Part shown: positions 52,101 through 62,369 of the stretch, one piece after another
Position numbering within the stretch: position 1 is the stretch's first letter
How the letters are laid out: each line of letters begins with the position of its first letter
Assembly: GCA_001687465.1 (NCBI GenBank)
Contig: LVLI01000862.1
Coordinates: 1 to 62,369, forward strand
Direction: 5' to 3'
Source: Halocafeteria seosinensis
Lineage: Eukaryota
Length of the DNA: 62,369 nucleotides
The notes under the pieces: generated by a model
What the model was told of the DNA's origin: nothing
The model's database searches: none
Seen by the model: the letters and a program-made list of their open reading frames with translations, nothing else
Translations under genes and position numbers: made by a program

Positions 52101-54104
52101 GTCCCAATCACTGCGGAAGCGCAGCATGAAATCGAGGATAATCATTATACTCAAGCTCCTTCAGAACATGAAGACCGAGAAGTAATCGATCCGGTCACAG
52201 GGTCCGAGACGGACACTGTTGGGTTTTTCTACGGCAATACTCAGTCTCTAGAACAGGAAGCAGTCCCTGATAAGGATGCTGGTCCACCGATTTCCGTCAC
52301 GGATAGCATTGCATGCAATAATGACGCATCAGACACTCTCCAGGTTTCACATCCTCAGCAAAGTATTGTAAGTGAGGTAGGTGATACCACCACTGACTAC
52401 TCAGCCAGTGCCTCTGATCTTCATGAAGCACAGGAGTACACCCAACTATCCTCCGGCATGGAAGATGTCGTTTCCTGTGCAGCGTATCCTTCAGAAGCAG
52501 ACTACCGGCAGCCTGTAGAGGGTTCATCTGAAGCCGACGAAAATGAAATGCCTAGAGAAAGCGCTGAGCAAGAAATACATGTTACACAGAGTGAGAACGC
52601 TTCGGGAGTACCCTCCAGGCTACCTTTGGAAGGAATATTCCTTTCGGATAACGAAGACTATTATATTGATGGTGTTGGGGATCATTACTGGGTAAATGAG
52701 GAAGGGGACTGGGAAGAAGTTCCTCCTGAGCATCGTATCAACCCGGACGAGCTGGAAGAGCTGTTGGATGAATTTTGGAAGCAGCAGGAAACAACTAGTC
52801 TGGGTGATAATATGCCTCCTGATGAGGGCTATTCTACCCAAGATGTGCCTGAGGAGAGTCTCGACGACAATTACAAAACCCACTCTGGCTACGGAGGTTT
52901 AGTCTACCCGCATGTATCGGAAGATTCTCAAGCATATGTTTTTCACTCTACGGAGGAACGCCTTGAATCATATACGTTGTCGTCTGAACTAAGAAATGTT
53001 GAATCTTATACGCGTACGTTTAGCTCGACGGAAGGAGGATATGGCAGTCTCATGGCATCTGAGGCTGATATAGGTCCCGCTGGTATAGCAAGCGACGATG
53101 TGTTACAACACGGGAACGAGGGTGTATTCGAAGAGCACACTGTCCATCCCGTTACAAACCAACAGCAAGTACCCGTAAAAATTCCACCGGATGGTATTTT
53201 TGTGTCAGAAACCTATTTCATTGATGAATCAGGTGCTCACTGGAGACGCGAGATCAATGGCCTGTCTTGGGAGGCTGTGCCTCTGGAGGAACAAATCGAA
53301 GGGGTCCCTGAACAACTTACTGGTCAGGCCGAAATAGAACAACAGCAAGGAGAAGTAGATATCCCTCCTGATGGTCTGTATGTGTCTGAAGCCTATTTCG
53401 TGGATGGGGGAGGTGACCACTGGAGACGTGACGGTCATGAGGATGCTTGGGAGGAGGTCCCTCCCGAGGAGCAGATCGACGGAGTCCATCTGGCTAACAT
53501 TATACTAGAGCAACAGTCGGAGCCTCAAGGTGATTTTAATCCACCAACGATTTCGACAGACAAAGCATATGCCCAAGTATCCGGGTTAGCACAGGAGACA
53601 TCTAGTTGCGCTGAAGAGACCGGAACTCGTCCTGTATTCTTCAGTATGCCAACAACGACTAGCCGCAGTCCCGAAGGGACTGTCTACAATACCATACAGA
53701 ACAGTCCCGCGAGTGTGAATGATGAGTACTGGCAACAGACCAGGGAACATGTCGACAAAATCAAACAGGAGCAGAAGAATAAGAAACCAGCCAGTGCGCC
53801 GGCCAGTCCGGACAAGCAGTCTGCCAAGAAATCCGTAGGAGGGTTTGCTAGTCTCTTCCGATGGTGGGGCGGGGGAAACGGGAGTAATGTCAGTGAAACG
53901 AGTACTGAAGCTGTGCAGGAGCAGGATGACAGCTTCGATCCAGATGCACCTCCTCCTATCCTCCCTTCAGCTTCTGCCACAACGTCTTCCCAAGCAACCG
54001 CGCCGACGTCTGTAAACTACTTTTCTCTCACCAAGAGCAGGGCTCTATCGGGACGTGGTAAGGGCAAGAGCAACATACCACGCTATGTTCCATATCAGAC
54101 GTAA
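46134..54104 (+). CDS. Giant (~2600 aa) coiled-coil protein with an acidic C-terminal region and three Trp/Tyr repeats
   Basis: ATG 46134, introns 46201-46300 and 46433-46499, then one ~7.6-kb exon. E/Q/K/R heptads over about the first 60%. Confidence 0.88.
46647..46808 (+). repeat. In-frame 81-bp tandem duplication inside the giant CDS
   Basis: QLKDEESERCIEVSEQPAKHEEAASEG / QLKDKEPERCIEVSEQPTENEEAASEG; copies at 46647-46727 and 46728-46808. Confidence 0.95.
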
Positions 54105-54181
54105 CGCAAGTTAGTGTAGGAGGGATAATCACAGATGCTGTGAAAGATAATGCACATCGTTACTGTTTATTGTGAAATTGT

Positions 54182-56017
54182 TCAATACAAACTGAAGGAA
54201 CGTCGTAGGTTTTGTATACATTCCGCTATGACTCCTGCATTTGTCTTCTGATATCCGCCAGAGAGAACCATAGTAATGGGAACGGATGTTCCTCCACATC
54301 CATCAAAAATTGTTCTTAAACTTTCATTTCCTTCATTAGGCTCCATGCAAGCCGCAAACACCGACAAATCTCGCTGGATGATAGACTGCGGAGATATGGA
54401 GAGCCCTGACAAAGGGTCTCCTTCCAGTAAGTCTGTCCCCGCATTATAGATGACGAAATCTGGACGAAATTGCTGAAACACGCGCGGCAATAGTCTTCGT
54501 AAGTGGCGAATGAAGGCAGTTCCTTGATCAGCTGCCTCAAAGTGGCCCTCTTCATCGATCCGACGCTCCGCAACGTGATCACCTGGGAAGTGTCAAGAAT
54601 AGAAATCCACACGGGGGGAGAAGAGATAGGCAAGCATTTGACATACTCACCTGGAAATATGTGGCGAGTATAATAGTCGAATATGAACACATTCGTCCAT
54701 TCGTACTTGATGGCATCCAGGGCGTAACCATCTCCTTGATGAGCGTCCTGTAAACGTTGAGGAATCCAATCGACTACCGCAAAACACTACCAAACCTTAC
54801 GTACCAAGTCAATGATAAGTATCCGCGGATCATACGAATCCCGTTTGACACCGCTTTTTTGGAACTGGTGAGTGGGCCACACAGACTTAACATATCGTAC
54901 CATGAGCGAAATGTCGGCTAGGGCGCAAAAGCCATGCCCTTTGCTATGACTGTGTCGAGGGGATGAGGTTTGTTCTGCTAATGTCGGCCTGATATCTTCT
55001 ACTCACCTTGCATGATGGAATCCGGCTCCTAAGTTTATGCTCCAACCTTTTTCCAGACTCAATCTAGCCGCAGCTGCAGACTTTCGATGCGATCAAAGTC
55101 TCTAGCAAAGTCAGTTGCGCGCACACACGGTACTTACCCATAGATCCATTAGTTGCGCTTGCCATCGGCACAAGTACCCTCCATTGTAACAACCATGCCG
55201 GCAAAAAGCAGAGGGGTACCTCAAATACCTTCACTAGAGCTAGTGAGTAAAAAAGAGAAGTCAGATAGACGGGAGAGTGAAGAGAAGCCAAGTCTGAAAA
55301 ATTTAACATATTCGGTTCGAAGGCCGAACTTAGGCCAAGCGACTCAAAAACTGCAAGCGCCAGTACATACCATCCCTGAGAAGAAACATAGAATTAAAAA
55401 AATAACGCACCTTTCTTATATTTCTTGCTGTCGAAGGGATGTATGTTTTCAACGCCACAAAGTGTAATGTTGTACTCAGATCGGTACACAAATGGGACTA
55501 GTGCCTGCTCTTCCCGGTTAAGGCTTCCTATCCCTCGTTTCAACGGAATCTTGCCCAGTTTTCGAATGTCGTAGTGAAACTTTTGGCGTCGCCTCCATAC
55601 ACACGAACACAATGGTACGCACAGTAACGGTGAGATGAGCCATGCCACTAGGATAAAGACAACCACCGGTGCTACACCGCCTACGGCTCCTAGGTCATCA
55701 CAGGACCCCGAAAGGGCTCCTGGGTCGTCATCGCATCCTGTGTGTCACTCAGGAAGACTCGGAGTCAACCAGTAGTTTGAATAACGAACGTTATTCAGAT
55801 TTGGCGACTTACCAATTCCAAACACCAAGGCGAACGCCGCCAGTAGCCCGAACAACAGGGCATCCCACAGGATCAGCAGGGGGAAAATGGCTCGATCGAG
55901 CCTCTCCATGGGGGTACTGGACGTGCTGGTGGCTTGTGTCAATGACATCATCTTATCATCGTCCGCAGAGCACGATACGTCAAGTTCAACGTCCGTAGGT
56001 GTTTTACTGTCACTCAT
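54182..56017 (-). CDS. HDAC11: Class IV histone deacetylase (HDAC11-like) with N-terminal transmembrane helices
   Basis: ENIHPFDSKKY, NLGAGFHHA, GFCALADI, IIDL/DAHQGDG, YNAGTD.LEGDPL, IIQRD, MVLSGGY. Intron 55738-55812 joins an upstream hydrophobic exon in frame. Confidence 0.88.
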
Positions 56018-56591
56018 GCTGTATGGGGGTTGCGCATGCTGACAATCCAGCAAACCAAAATACACGCTGTGGGTCCGAACTTATCAATGGGGGAACAACA
56101 GAACAAACCCTCGGGTACAGCACGGTATACCTAATGAGACGGAACAGCTTCACAGGAGCCCAGACCCGGTTGGATGAAGGCAGGACAAGAGAACACTGAG
56201 TAGGGAAAACAAACTGAATGATAAGCAGGAAATAGTTGGCTTGTATCAGTCGCAGCATCGAACTGTGGAAAGTTCTGACGCATGTGGATGTGTGCCATGA
56301 GATGGAAATGCGTATATTCAGCTTTGGAAGTAAAGCGCCACTGACATGACATGAAACAATCTTCTTAAGGATTGGTTCGTTTCTTGCACTTGTTGGATTG
56401 CACCCAGGCGACAAAGAAAAAGGACGTATTATAAAAGAATTGCTTACACCGGATATCATAGCGGAATGTAATAGATAACACGGCCTACAACGTATCAAAC
56501 AACTTTGAGAATAAGTTGATAGCCCGAATCACGTTTCTCCATCTCAAGGTTCTGGCGATTGCACACATGTAACGTAATGTCCAGTTATTGT

Positions 56592-57640
56592 TTACCGTGA
56601 AGACGAACGAGAGGATCGGCTTCCAGAGCTTGATCTTGATCTGCTCCGAGAACCGGAGCTATCCGATGAATCATCGTCCCGTCGCCTGCCGCTATTGTTC
56701 CCATTATTTCGTCTGTTCCATCGACCTCGTGATTGTCCGCTCTCGCTGCTACTGCCTCGCCTTCGCCTTCGCCTGCCACTTCTTGAAGAAGAGCGGGAAC
56801 GGGAGTGCGAGCGTGATCCTGACTCCGAACTGGAGCGCGACCTGGAGTTCCGACGTCTGCGTCTATTTCTGCCAGAGTCCCTGCTTGTGCTTCGCCTTTC
56901 TCGCCTTTCCGGTGCAGACCTTCTTCCCCGGTCTCTTTGCTGCTCTTCAGTCCTTTCTTCCTCATCGCGTCGGTGGCGACTACGTTGTACCTGTTCGCGT
57001 TGCTTCTGCTTCTCCTCTCGCTCTTTTTCCTTCCTTTCGCGCCGTTCTTGACGTCTCTTCTGCACAGCTTCCTCATTGAATGCCTCTCCTGCAATTTCGT
57101 AGCACCAATGAAAACGCTTGAGGTAAACAACTAAAGGGTGAAATGTCCCTCAATTGAATGCTTACCTTCTTGGAAATCGCCTTCAATGCCCAAGGCGTTT
57201 GCCAGTTCGGAGCTCTCTTGCTCTTTGGTAGCTGCAGTCTTGTGTGTGTCTTTCTCAGATCCATTGGCGGATGCCGCGGCTCCTTCCCTTTGCTTCGTCT
57301 CAAGCATCTCTTTCATCAAATGCTCTCGGAGCTTACTGATTTTCTCGTCAATTTCCTCTTCCGTATACCCTCGGGATTCCAGTTCAAGTTGCAATTCCGT
57401 GAGTTTGACTTCCACTTGACGCTTCCTTTGATGTTCGAGGATAGCTTTATTCGGCCCTTTCCCTGATTTACTCGACCACTTATCCCTGGCACGCTGACCT
57501 ACTTCTTGGTCTCCAGAATTTAATCGATTTGTCTCGAGTTTATCACGTGCCACTTGTGGCTTAACATAGCTTAAATTGCGCTGCACATACCCGTTGGTCC
57601 CCGACCCACGGGGTGTCCTGAGCCCAATACCGTTATACAT
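56592..57640 (-). CDS. CWC21: Splicing factor Cwc21/SRRM2 with an RS-rich tail
   Basis: MYNGIGLRTPRGSGTNGYVQRNL, ILEHQRKRQVEVK. Intron 57089-57165 gives EG/EAFNEE. C-terminal RS domain. Confidence 0.96.
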
Positions 57641-57840
57641 TTCTTTTGCGGGGTCCTTCAACCTGAAGACAACGTCATATAAATCAAATGGAGCACATAT
57701 ATATATTGACATTATAAGGCCTCAATCGAGAAACCGAGCAATCAAATCTTCGACTTTATCCCGGGCATATGCAGGCCATTTAGCATCGTATATAGAGCGT
57801 ATTGTAGAGGTTTATAGAGGATACATGATAATAGTGAACC

Positions 57841-58772
57841 ATGATGATGCGTGCTATCTACAGAACAGGGGTAGCGTGCTCTTCACATGGGAGAGTGCTA
57901 TCGCCCTGGTCTGGCGCCTCCTTTTCCACGCAGAATGGGGGCAACAATCCCACCCCTCAAACCTCTCCACAACGGCAAAAACAAGAAGACGACTTAGTAC
58001 AGCGCCGGGAGAAGGAATTGCCACGGGAGATGTCCTCACCGATACCTCCACGAAAAGAGGCCAAATGGGAGCAGTACCAAAGTGAGGCGGTGCACCCGGT
58101 AACCTCTGCCGAATTCGAGCATACAGGAGACCAGAATACAGTCTCTATGGATTGGGCCCGCTTGAATGATCAGAAAGAACCCATAGATCTCGATTTTGCC
58201 AGAGAACTCCCCGAGGCAAATGAACTCAGAGGCAGTTTCAGAGGAAGAAAGGTACGCCGTTCAGTAACCTACCTACCGAAATCGTGTCGACCGTGGTTAT
58301 ATTATTCACTGTGAATTATTCGCAGGCTATCATTCAAAAACCGGGACGGCATCCTATGTCCTCACGTCCCGACAGGAGCCGGCATTGGGTCATTCAATTC
58401 GACAGCGTGAATAACTGGGGCAACGGACTCATGGCATGGACTTCGACGAACGATGCGCAGGACCAATTGCGCCAATATCTGCGCTTTGAGAACCCCGAGC
58501 AGGCCATTTACTTTTGTGAGCGCAACGGCTGGGACTGGGAGCTTGATGAAGACGTGCCCCAAAGCCCAGGCGATCGGGTCAACAACAGCTACGACCAGAA
58601 TTTTGTTCCCCGTGATATCCGGTACCAGTTAGACGTCAAAGGGCCACGGAAGGGTCGTTATATGTTTCAGAATAAGAATATGAATAAGAGTTGCTGGATG
58701 AATCTGAAGCGGTCGAAGTACGGCAACGAAGAATGGAAAAGGAAGACGAAAGATCCCAGTAAGCCATGGTAG
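57841..58772 (+). CDS. NDUFS4: Complex I subunit NDUFS4
   Basis: W.IQFD....WGNGLMAWTSTND, LRF...EQAIYFCERNGW, SYDQNF. Intron 58252-58325. Presequence-like N-terminus. Confidence 0.92.
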
Positions 58773-59401
58773 AATATGCCTCACTATCAACAAAGATCTG
58801 CGATCGCTCGTAGGGCATCGTGTTCGTCCCTTTAATGGGTATGAGACGTTTGATTTTGTTAGATAGATTATCCTCCAAGACGCCAGTTGGAGAATGACCT
58901 ACTTCATGCCAGGTTCTCTACTGTATTCCAACCACTCTTCCATTATGCGCGTTTACAGCACAAGTAATGCTGGGGTGCCAGCAAGTTTGTTTCTGCCGTG
59001 TTGTAGGAAAACTCATATAACAGCTACTGGAACATTGGAGATTGGTTACTGCTGTACTGTTGACTAGTCCAAATGCTGAGTTGTTTGCTTCCTAGCCATC
59101 TACCGAGCTATGCCGACTGGACTGGAGGCCTGTGGGATGTTTCAAACTCCCGCGCTGTCGGTTTGCTTGCTTCTAAGGTCTATCAGATCCGATGTAACGG
59201 TTCAGTATAGCAATATTCTGGCAACAATGCAAACAACTATACCATGTGGTCTATGATATGGACTATCGATCGCAATGGACAACATCATCTGTATTATATA
59301 GGGGCGATTTCGCTCTTGCCAGGATGATGTACATGCTACTTGGTATGGAGCTAAACAATCAAAATCGTAGAAAAGCGATGAAGCAATGATACTGGAAGCC
59401 G

Positions 59402-60373
59402 TCACCGAAGCCGACCAACGTAACACACCCCGCACCGGTACAATGGAATCAAGATGATATTTGTCCAAGCCAGTCCAGCGAAGTCGTTAGCAACCTTGTG
59501 ATCGTGTTTCAGTTTCGATGAGACTGCATATACGATAATTGCGCATACCAACCAACAGATCCATTGTAACAAAAACGTGATATGCAACAATTTCCGATAT
59601 ATGTTCAGCCGCTCATCAGTCGGTTGGGTGCAGCAAATATGGAAGATTTCCATTACGTGAACAATCAAAGTTGCAATAGCGAAAATCAGCAGGAATATAA
59701 TGACAGCTCTAGCGGCTTTCCAGCTAGCTTGATACGAATCGTATTGAGGATCCACTCCGAGACCGTCATGATATTCCGGGGATTTAGCATCGTCGTTCAA
59801 GAAATCATCATCAAACTGCCAATCATCGTCAATCCAATCATCGTCAATCCAATCATCGTCAACCCAATCATCGTTAACCCAATCATCGTCAACCCAATCA
59901 TCGTAAACAGTGTTGTCATCATCGTCATTGAACCCTAATCGATATGTAAAACGCCAGAGAGAGATCTCTATATCATAGTAGTAAGAACCATCGGAAAACT
60001 GCAACCGGTCATTGCGCTTCATCCACGGCGAATTTTTTCCTACTAAATGAACTGCCGACCAAATTGACAATGAAAATATCAAAAGAAAGCAGAAGTTAAA
60101 CACCACGTAAGCGAGGAATTGGGCCCAAAGCGTCTGCCTCATTACCGTTTGTGCTATCTCGTTTCTCGGCGTGGATGGCACGTGGATGATTCTGTAAGAA
60201 GGACCACGATTATCCGGCGGATTAGGATTGGGAACTGTTCTCTGGACAGTAATGGGGCGGTCGTCCCCTAAGGGATCATACGGCCTGTCATATATAGGCT
60301 CCAACCGCCTCTCCTCTTCCGCCTCGTTCTCTCTAACCTTCTCGATGAAAGCGCGTTGTATCGCCGATGCCAT
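59402..60373 (-). CDS. Tetraspan (claudin/amastin-like topology) membrane protein with a DDDW repeat loop
   Basis: Four hydrophobic helices, ISLWR after TM1, and a large acidic first loop. The 3' end may be spliced further, towards 59202. Confidence 0.65.
   Translation of the reverse strand: MASAIQRAFIEKVRENEAEEERRLEPIYDRPYDPLGDDRPITVQRTVPNPNPPDNRGPSYRIIHVPSTPRNEIAQTVMRQTLWAQFLAYVVFNFCFLLIFSLSIWSAVHLVGKNSPWMKRNDRLQFSDGSYYYDIEISLWRFTYRLGFNDDDDNTVYDDWVDDDWVNDDWVDDDWIDDDWIDDDWQFDDDFLNDDAKSPEYHDGLGVDPQYDSYQASWKAARAVIIFLLIFAIATLIVHVMEIFHICCTQPTDERLNIYRKLLHITFLLQWICWLVCAIIVYAVSSKLKHDHKVANDFAGLAWTNIILIPLYRCGVCYVGRLR
59805..59905. repeat. 15-bp coding minisatellite (AATCATCGTCAAYCC)n encoding DDDW(V/I)
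   Basis: About 6 tandem copies visible at 59820-59903; protein YDDWVDDDWVNDDWVDDDWIDDDWIDDDWQFDDDF. Confidence 0.9.
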
Positions 60374-60681
60374 TCTTTTCAATTGCCTAGTTGTCGTCCT
60401 CTCTAGTAATTACACAGAAGCAATGAGCTCTTCACGGTGTAATGTACGCTCGTCGGCGTTTTCAGCTTTGGATTAATCTAATGCACTTCACTTCCGCTTG
60501 CGCTAATATTTAAGGTAGGCATAATATTAGCGACTACACTGTATCAGTAATGGTCGATCAGCAACACACATACACCAACGGAGAATTTTTGATAGCAGAC
60601 AAAAAAGCCTTTTAATAGGATAGTACAATAGTTTAAAGGGTCGCCGCCGGACCGCTGGGGATACCGGTATTATTATAAATT

Positions 60682-61814
60682 AGGCTGGGACAAAACTCCC
60701 CACTTTTCGTCTCCCCAATCGGGTCTGGGGAGATCCGGCCCGGGGTTTTCACAGATTTCTTGGGTGTGCAAGGGGAAATTTCGGTTCTCGGACCAAAATG
60801 TACTATTTTATGGTTTTATGGCCCATGTAAACACCTCATATAGACTCTAGATAACAGAAATTGGGTAAAATTGAACATTTTCGGAGGATAGAGTCATTAA
60901 ACATCTTACTCGTGGCCTTCTGGAATTTCTGGTTCCGCACTTTCCACACTCGCAGAATGTCGACCGGGAGACAGAAGGGCAACCTCTCATGAAAATCGTA
61001 CACCATGTCATGTATCATCTCATAATTTGTTACGGATTTTATAAGACCATCAGTAAGCTCATTTTATCGTAGAGAAGCCTGCAGATCTTCCGTTCGGTTC
61101 TTGACCTGCGAAAGCTCGCTCCACTGTGGTGTTGCTCACTCCTATAGTGAGATACTGTATCTCAACATCACTTGTTCTAGGCTCTTTCCTTCCATGTTAT
61201 ACTCCTTTTTGCCTATTTCTAGCTGTTTGGTCCAATGATCTTTCGCTTGTTCTTTGGTGGTAAATCGCGGTGGAGGCTTCAGTTCCTCGTCGAAAACAAA
61301 AGTGGTCCAGACGATTTTACTGACATCGCATTCAGAACCACATTCTTCATAATCAATTTTCTTCAGCAGTACAAAGCATTTTTTCTGTCTGGGCAAGACC
61401 TCTATGGCTGGATCCACGCTACAGCGGTCGGAATCAGCATTTGTCTTCCTTTCCTCTGCTTCAATAATATTCCCAAATTCATCAAGATAATCTTACTGTT
61501 ACGTAGCATGTTGCTCAGTATCTGTATCACTGCTATGGCGGCCACGCTTTTTCGCCCTTGGAGCGACCGGCGCTGGCGCGGGTAGCAGGCATGTTCCCTG
61601 TGCCACTTACGAGATAATACAGGCCCAAATAAAGGTGCATACAGCCTTAAAATAATGTATCAAGTAATGTGAGATGGCAATAGATTAATGACAAATGCTC
61701 ATAATGGATATATAACAATTTTTTGTACATCACCCCAAATGGCCAGTGGGGAGACTCCCCACTGGGGGGAGTCCCCAGTCTCCCTGATTACACTAGGGAG
61801 ATTTGTCCCAGCCT
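60682..61814. mobile_element. Putative degenerate element bounded by imperfect inverted repeats, with a disrupted minus-strand ORF
   Basis: AGGCTGGGACAAAACTCCC (60682-60700) is the inverse of GGGAGATTTGTCCCAGCCT (61796-61814), 18/19 match. ORF pieces 61142-61417 and 60836-61018 share one frame, separated by stops. Confidence 0.4.
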
Positions 61815-61953
61815 GGTCCCCGATAAACCTGGAATAGCGAGAGCGCCGGCTCGGTGTGCCCTGGCAATGCAGGCTGGCATCCAGGGCATCCAGGAATCCA
61901 GGATCCACGAGTAGGTAGAACTTTTGATTGCTTTTTTTTTTGCTTCCTGAAAA

Positions 61954-62048
61954 CAGTGTTGGGGCACACCGTGCCGGCACGAGGCACGACCCCCCCTGTG
62001 CCGCGCCGCGGCGCGGCACACGGGCACGGGGGTCGAGGGTGTGCCCAA
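61954..62048. repeat. GC-rich nested palindrome / MITE-like hairpin
   Basis: Perfect 24-bp palindrome at 61997-62020, flanked by CGACCCCC/GGGGGTCG and TTGGGGCACACC/GGTGTGCCCAA arms. Several GGCAC motifs. Confidence 0.75.
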
Positions 62049-62369
62049 TTGGCAAAACTCAAATGCCAAATATTAGACTTGGAAATTGCAGGATATAGCC
62101 CCGTGGAACGATATACAAGCATCCGCAGAAGATATATCAGTACCAGTTCCGAGTATCTGCCAATAGGATGCGAAAGTCAGACGTATGGAGATGCTTCAGT
62201 GGCCCATTTAAGGGTTCAGACGATGCACTTGGTGCAGTCTAGCTGAGAGTGAAACAGGGTCGCTTTTTTCGGCTACCAAGCGTGGATGCCAACCAGTCAA
62301 GCGAGCATTGAAAGGCGAAATACCCTAACTACCAACATTAATGAAGCAGAGACACGGCGACGATTGGAA

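Noticed and set aside
56585..57134. Overlapping long ORFs in several frames
   Set aside because: Shadows of the low-complexity RS-domain coding sequence.
59805..59905. Tandem repeat as a CRISPR array
   Set aside because: 15-bp units with no spacers, inside a eukaryotic CDS, and no cas genes.
61699..62246. ORFs across the GC-rich palindromes
   Set aside because: Open frames on both strands are explained by GC-rich repeats; no protein-like signal.

Overview
Gene-dense eukaryotic nuclear DNA from a unicellular protist. A stramenopile or other SAR lineage is my guess from gene structure and protein style; it is not proven. About 25 protein genes are split by short GT-AG introns, mostly 60-100 nt. 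Recognisable genes: UXS1, UBC12, an SDR16C-type dehydrogenase, an SLC16/MCT transporter, CAPZB, METTL15/RsmH, a CitE/malyl-CoA-lyase-family enzyme, CDC27, an ankyrin protein, an FHA-RINGv-FHA ligase, CEPT1, HAT1, an AhpD/CMD protein, MRPL49, a kinesin-like protein, a giant coiled-coil protein, HDAC11, CWC21 and NDUFS4. Both flanks hold orphan ORFs and degenerate, mobile-element-like DNA. I found no rRNA, tRNA or CRISPR array. The most notable results appear only after splicing by hand: (1) an HDAC11-like deacylase with two N-terminal transmembrane helices; (2) a kinesin-14-like protein that lacks both switch motifs, head-to-head with a ~2600-aa coiled-coil protein carrying a 3x Trp/Tyr repeat I do not recognise; (3) METTL15 with a ~400-aa acidic tail; (4) an intronless, bacterial-looking AhpD gene; (5) a 10-nt microexon and a convergent CDS overlap; (6) a palindrome-rich, inverted-repeat-bounded element at the right end. 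All family calls come from motif recognition, not database searches.
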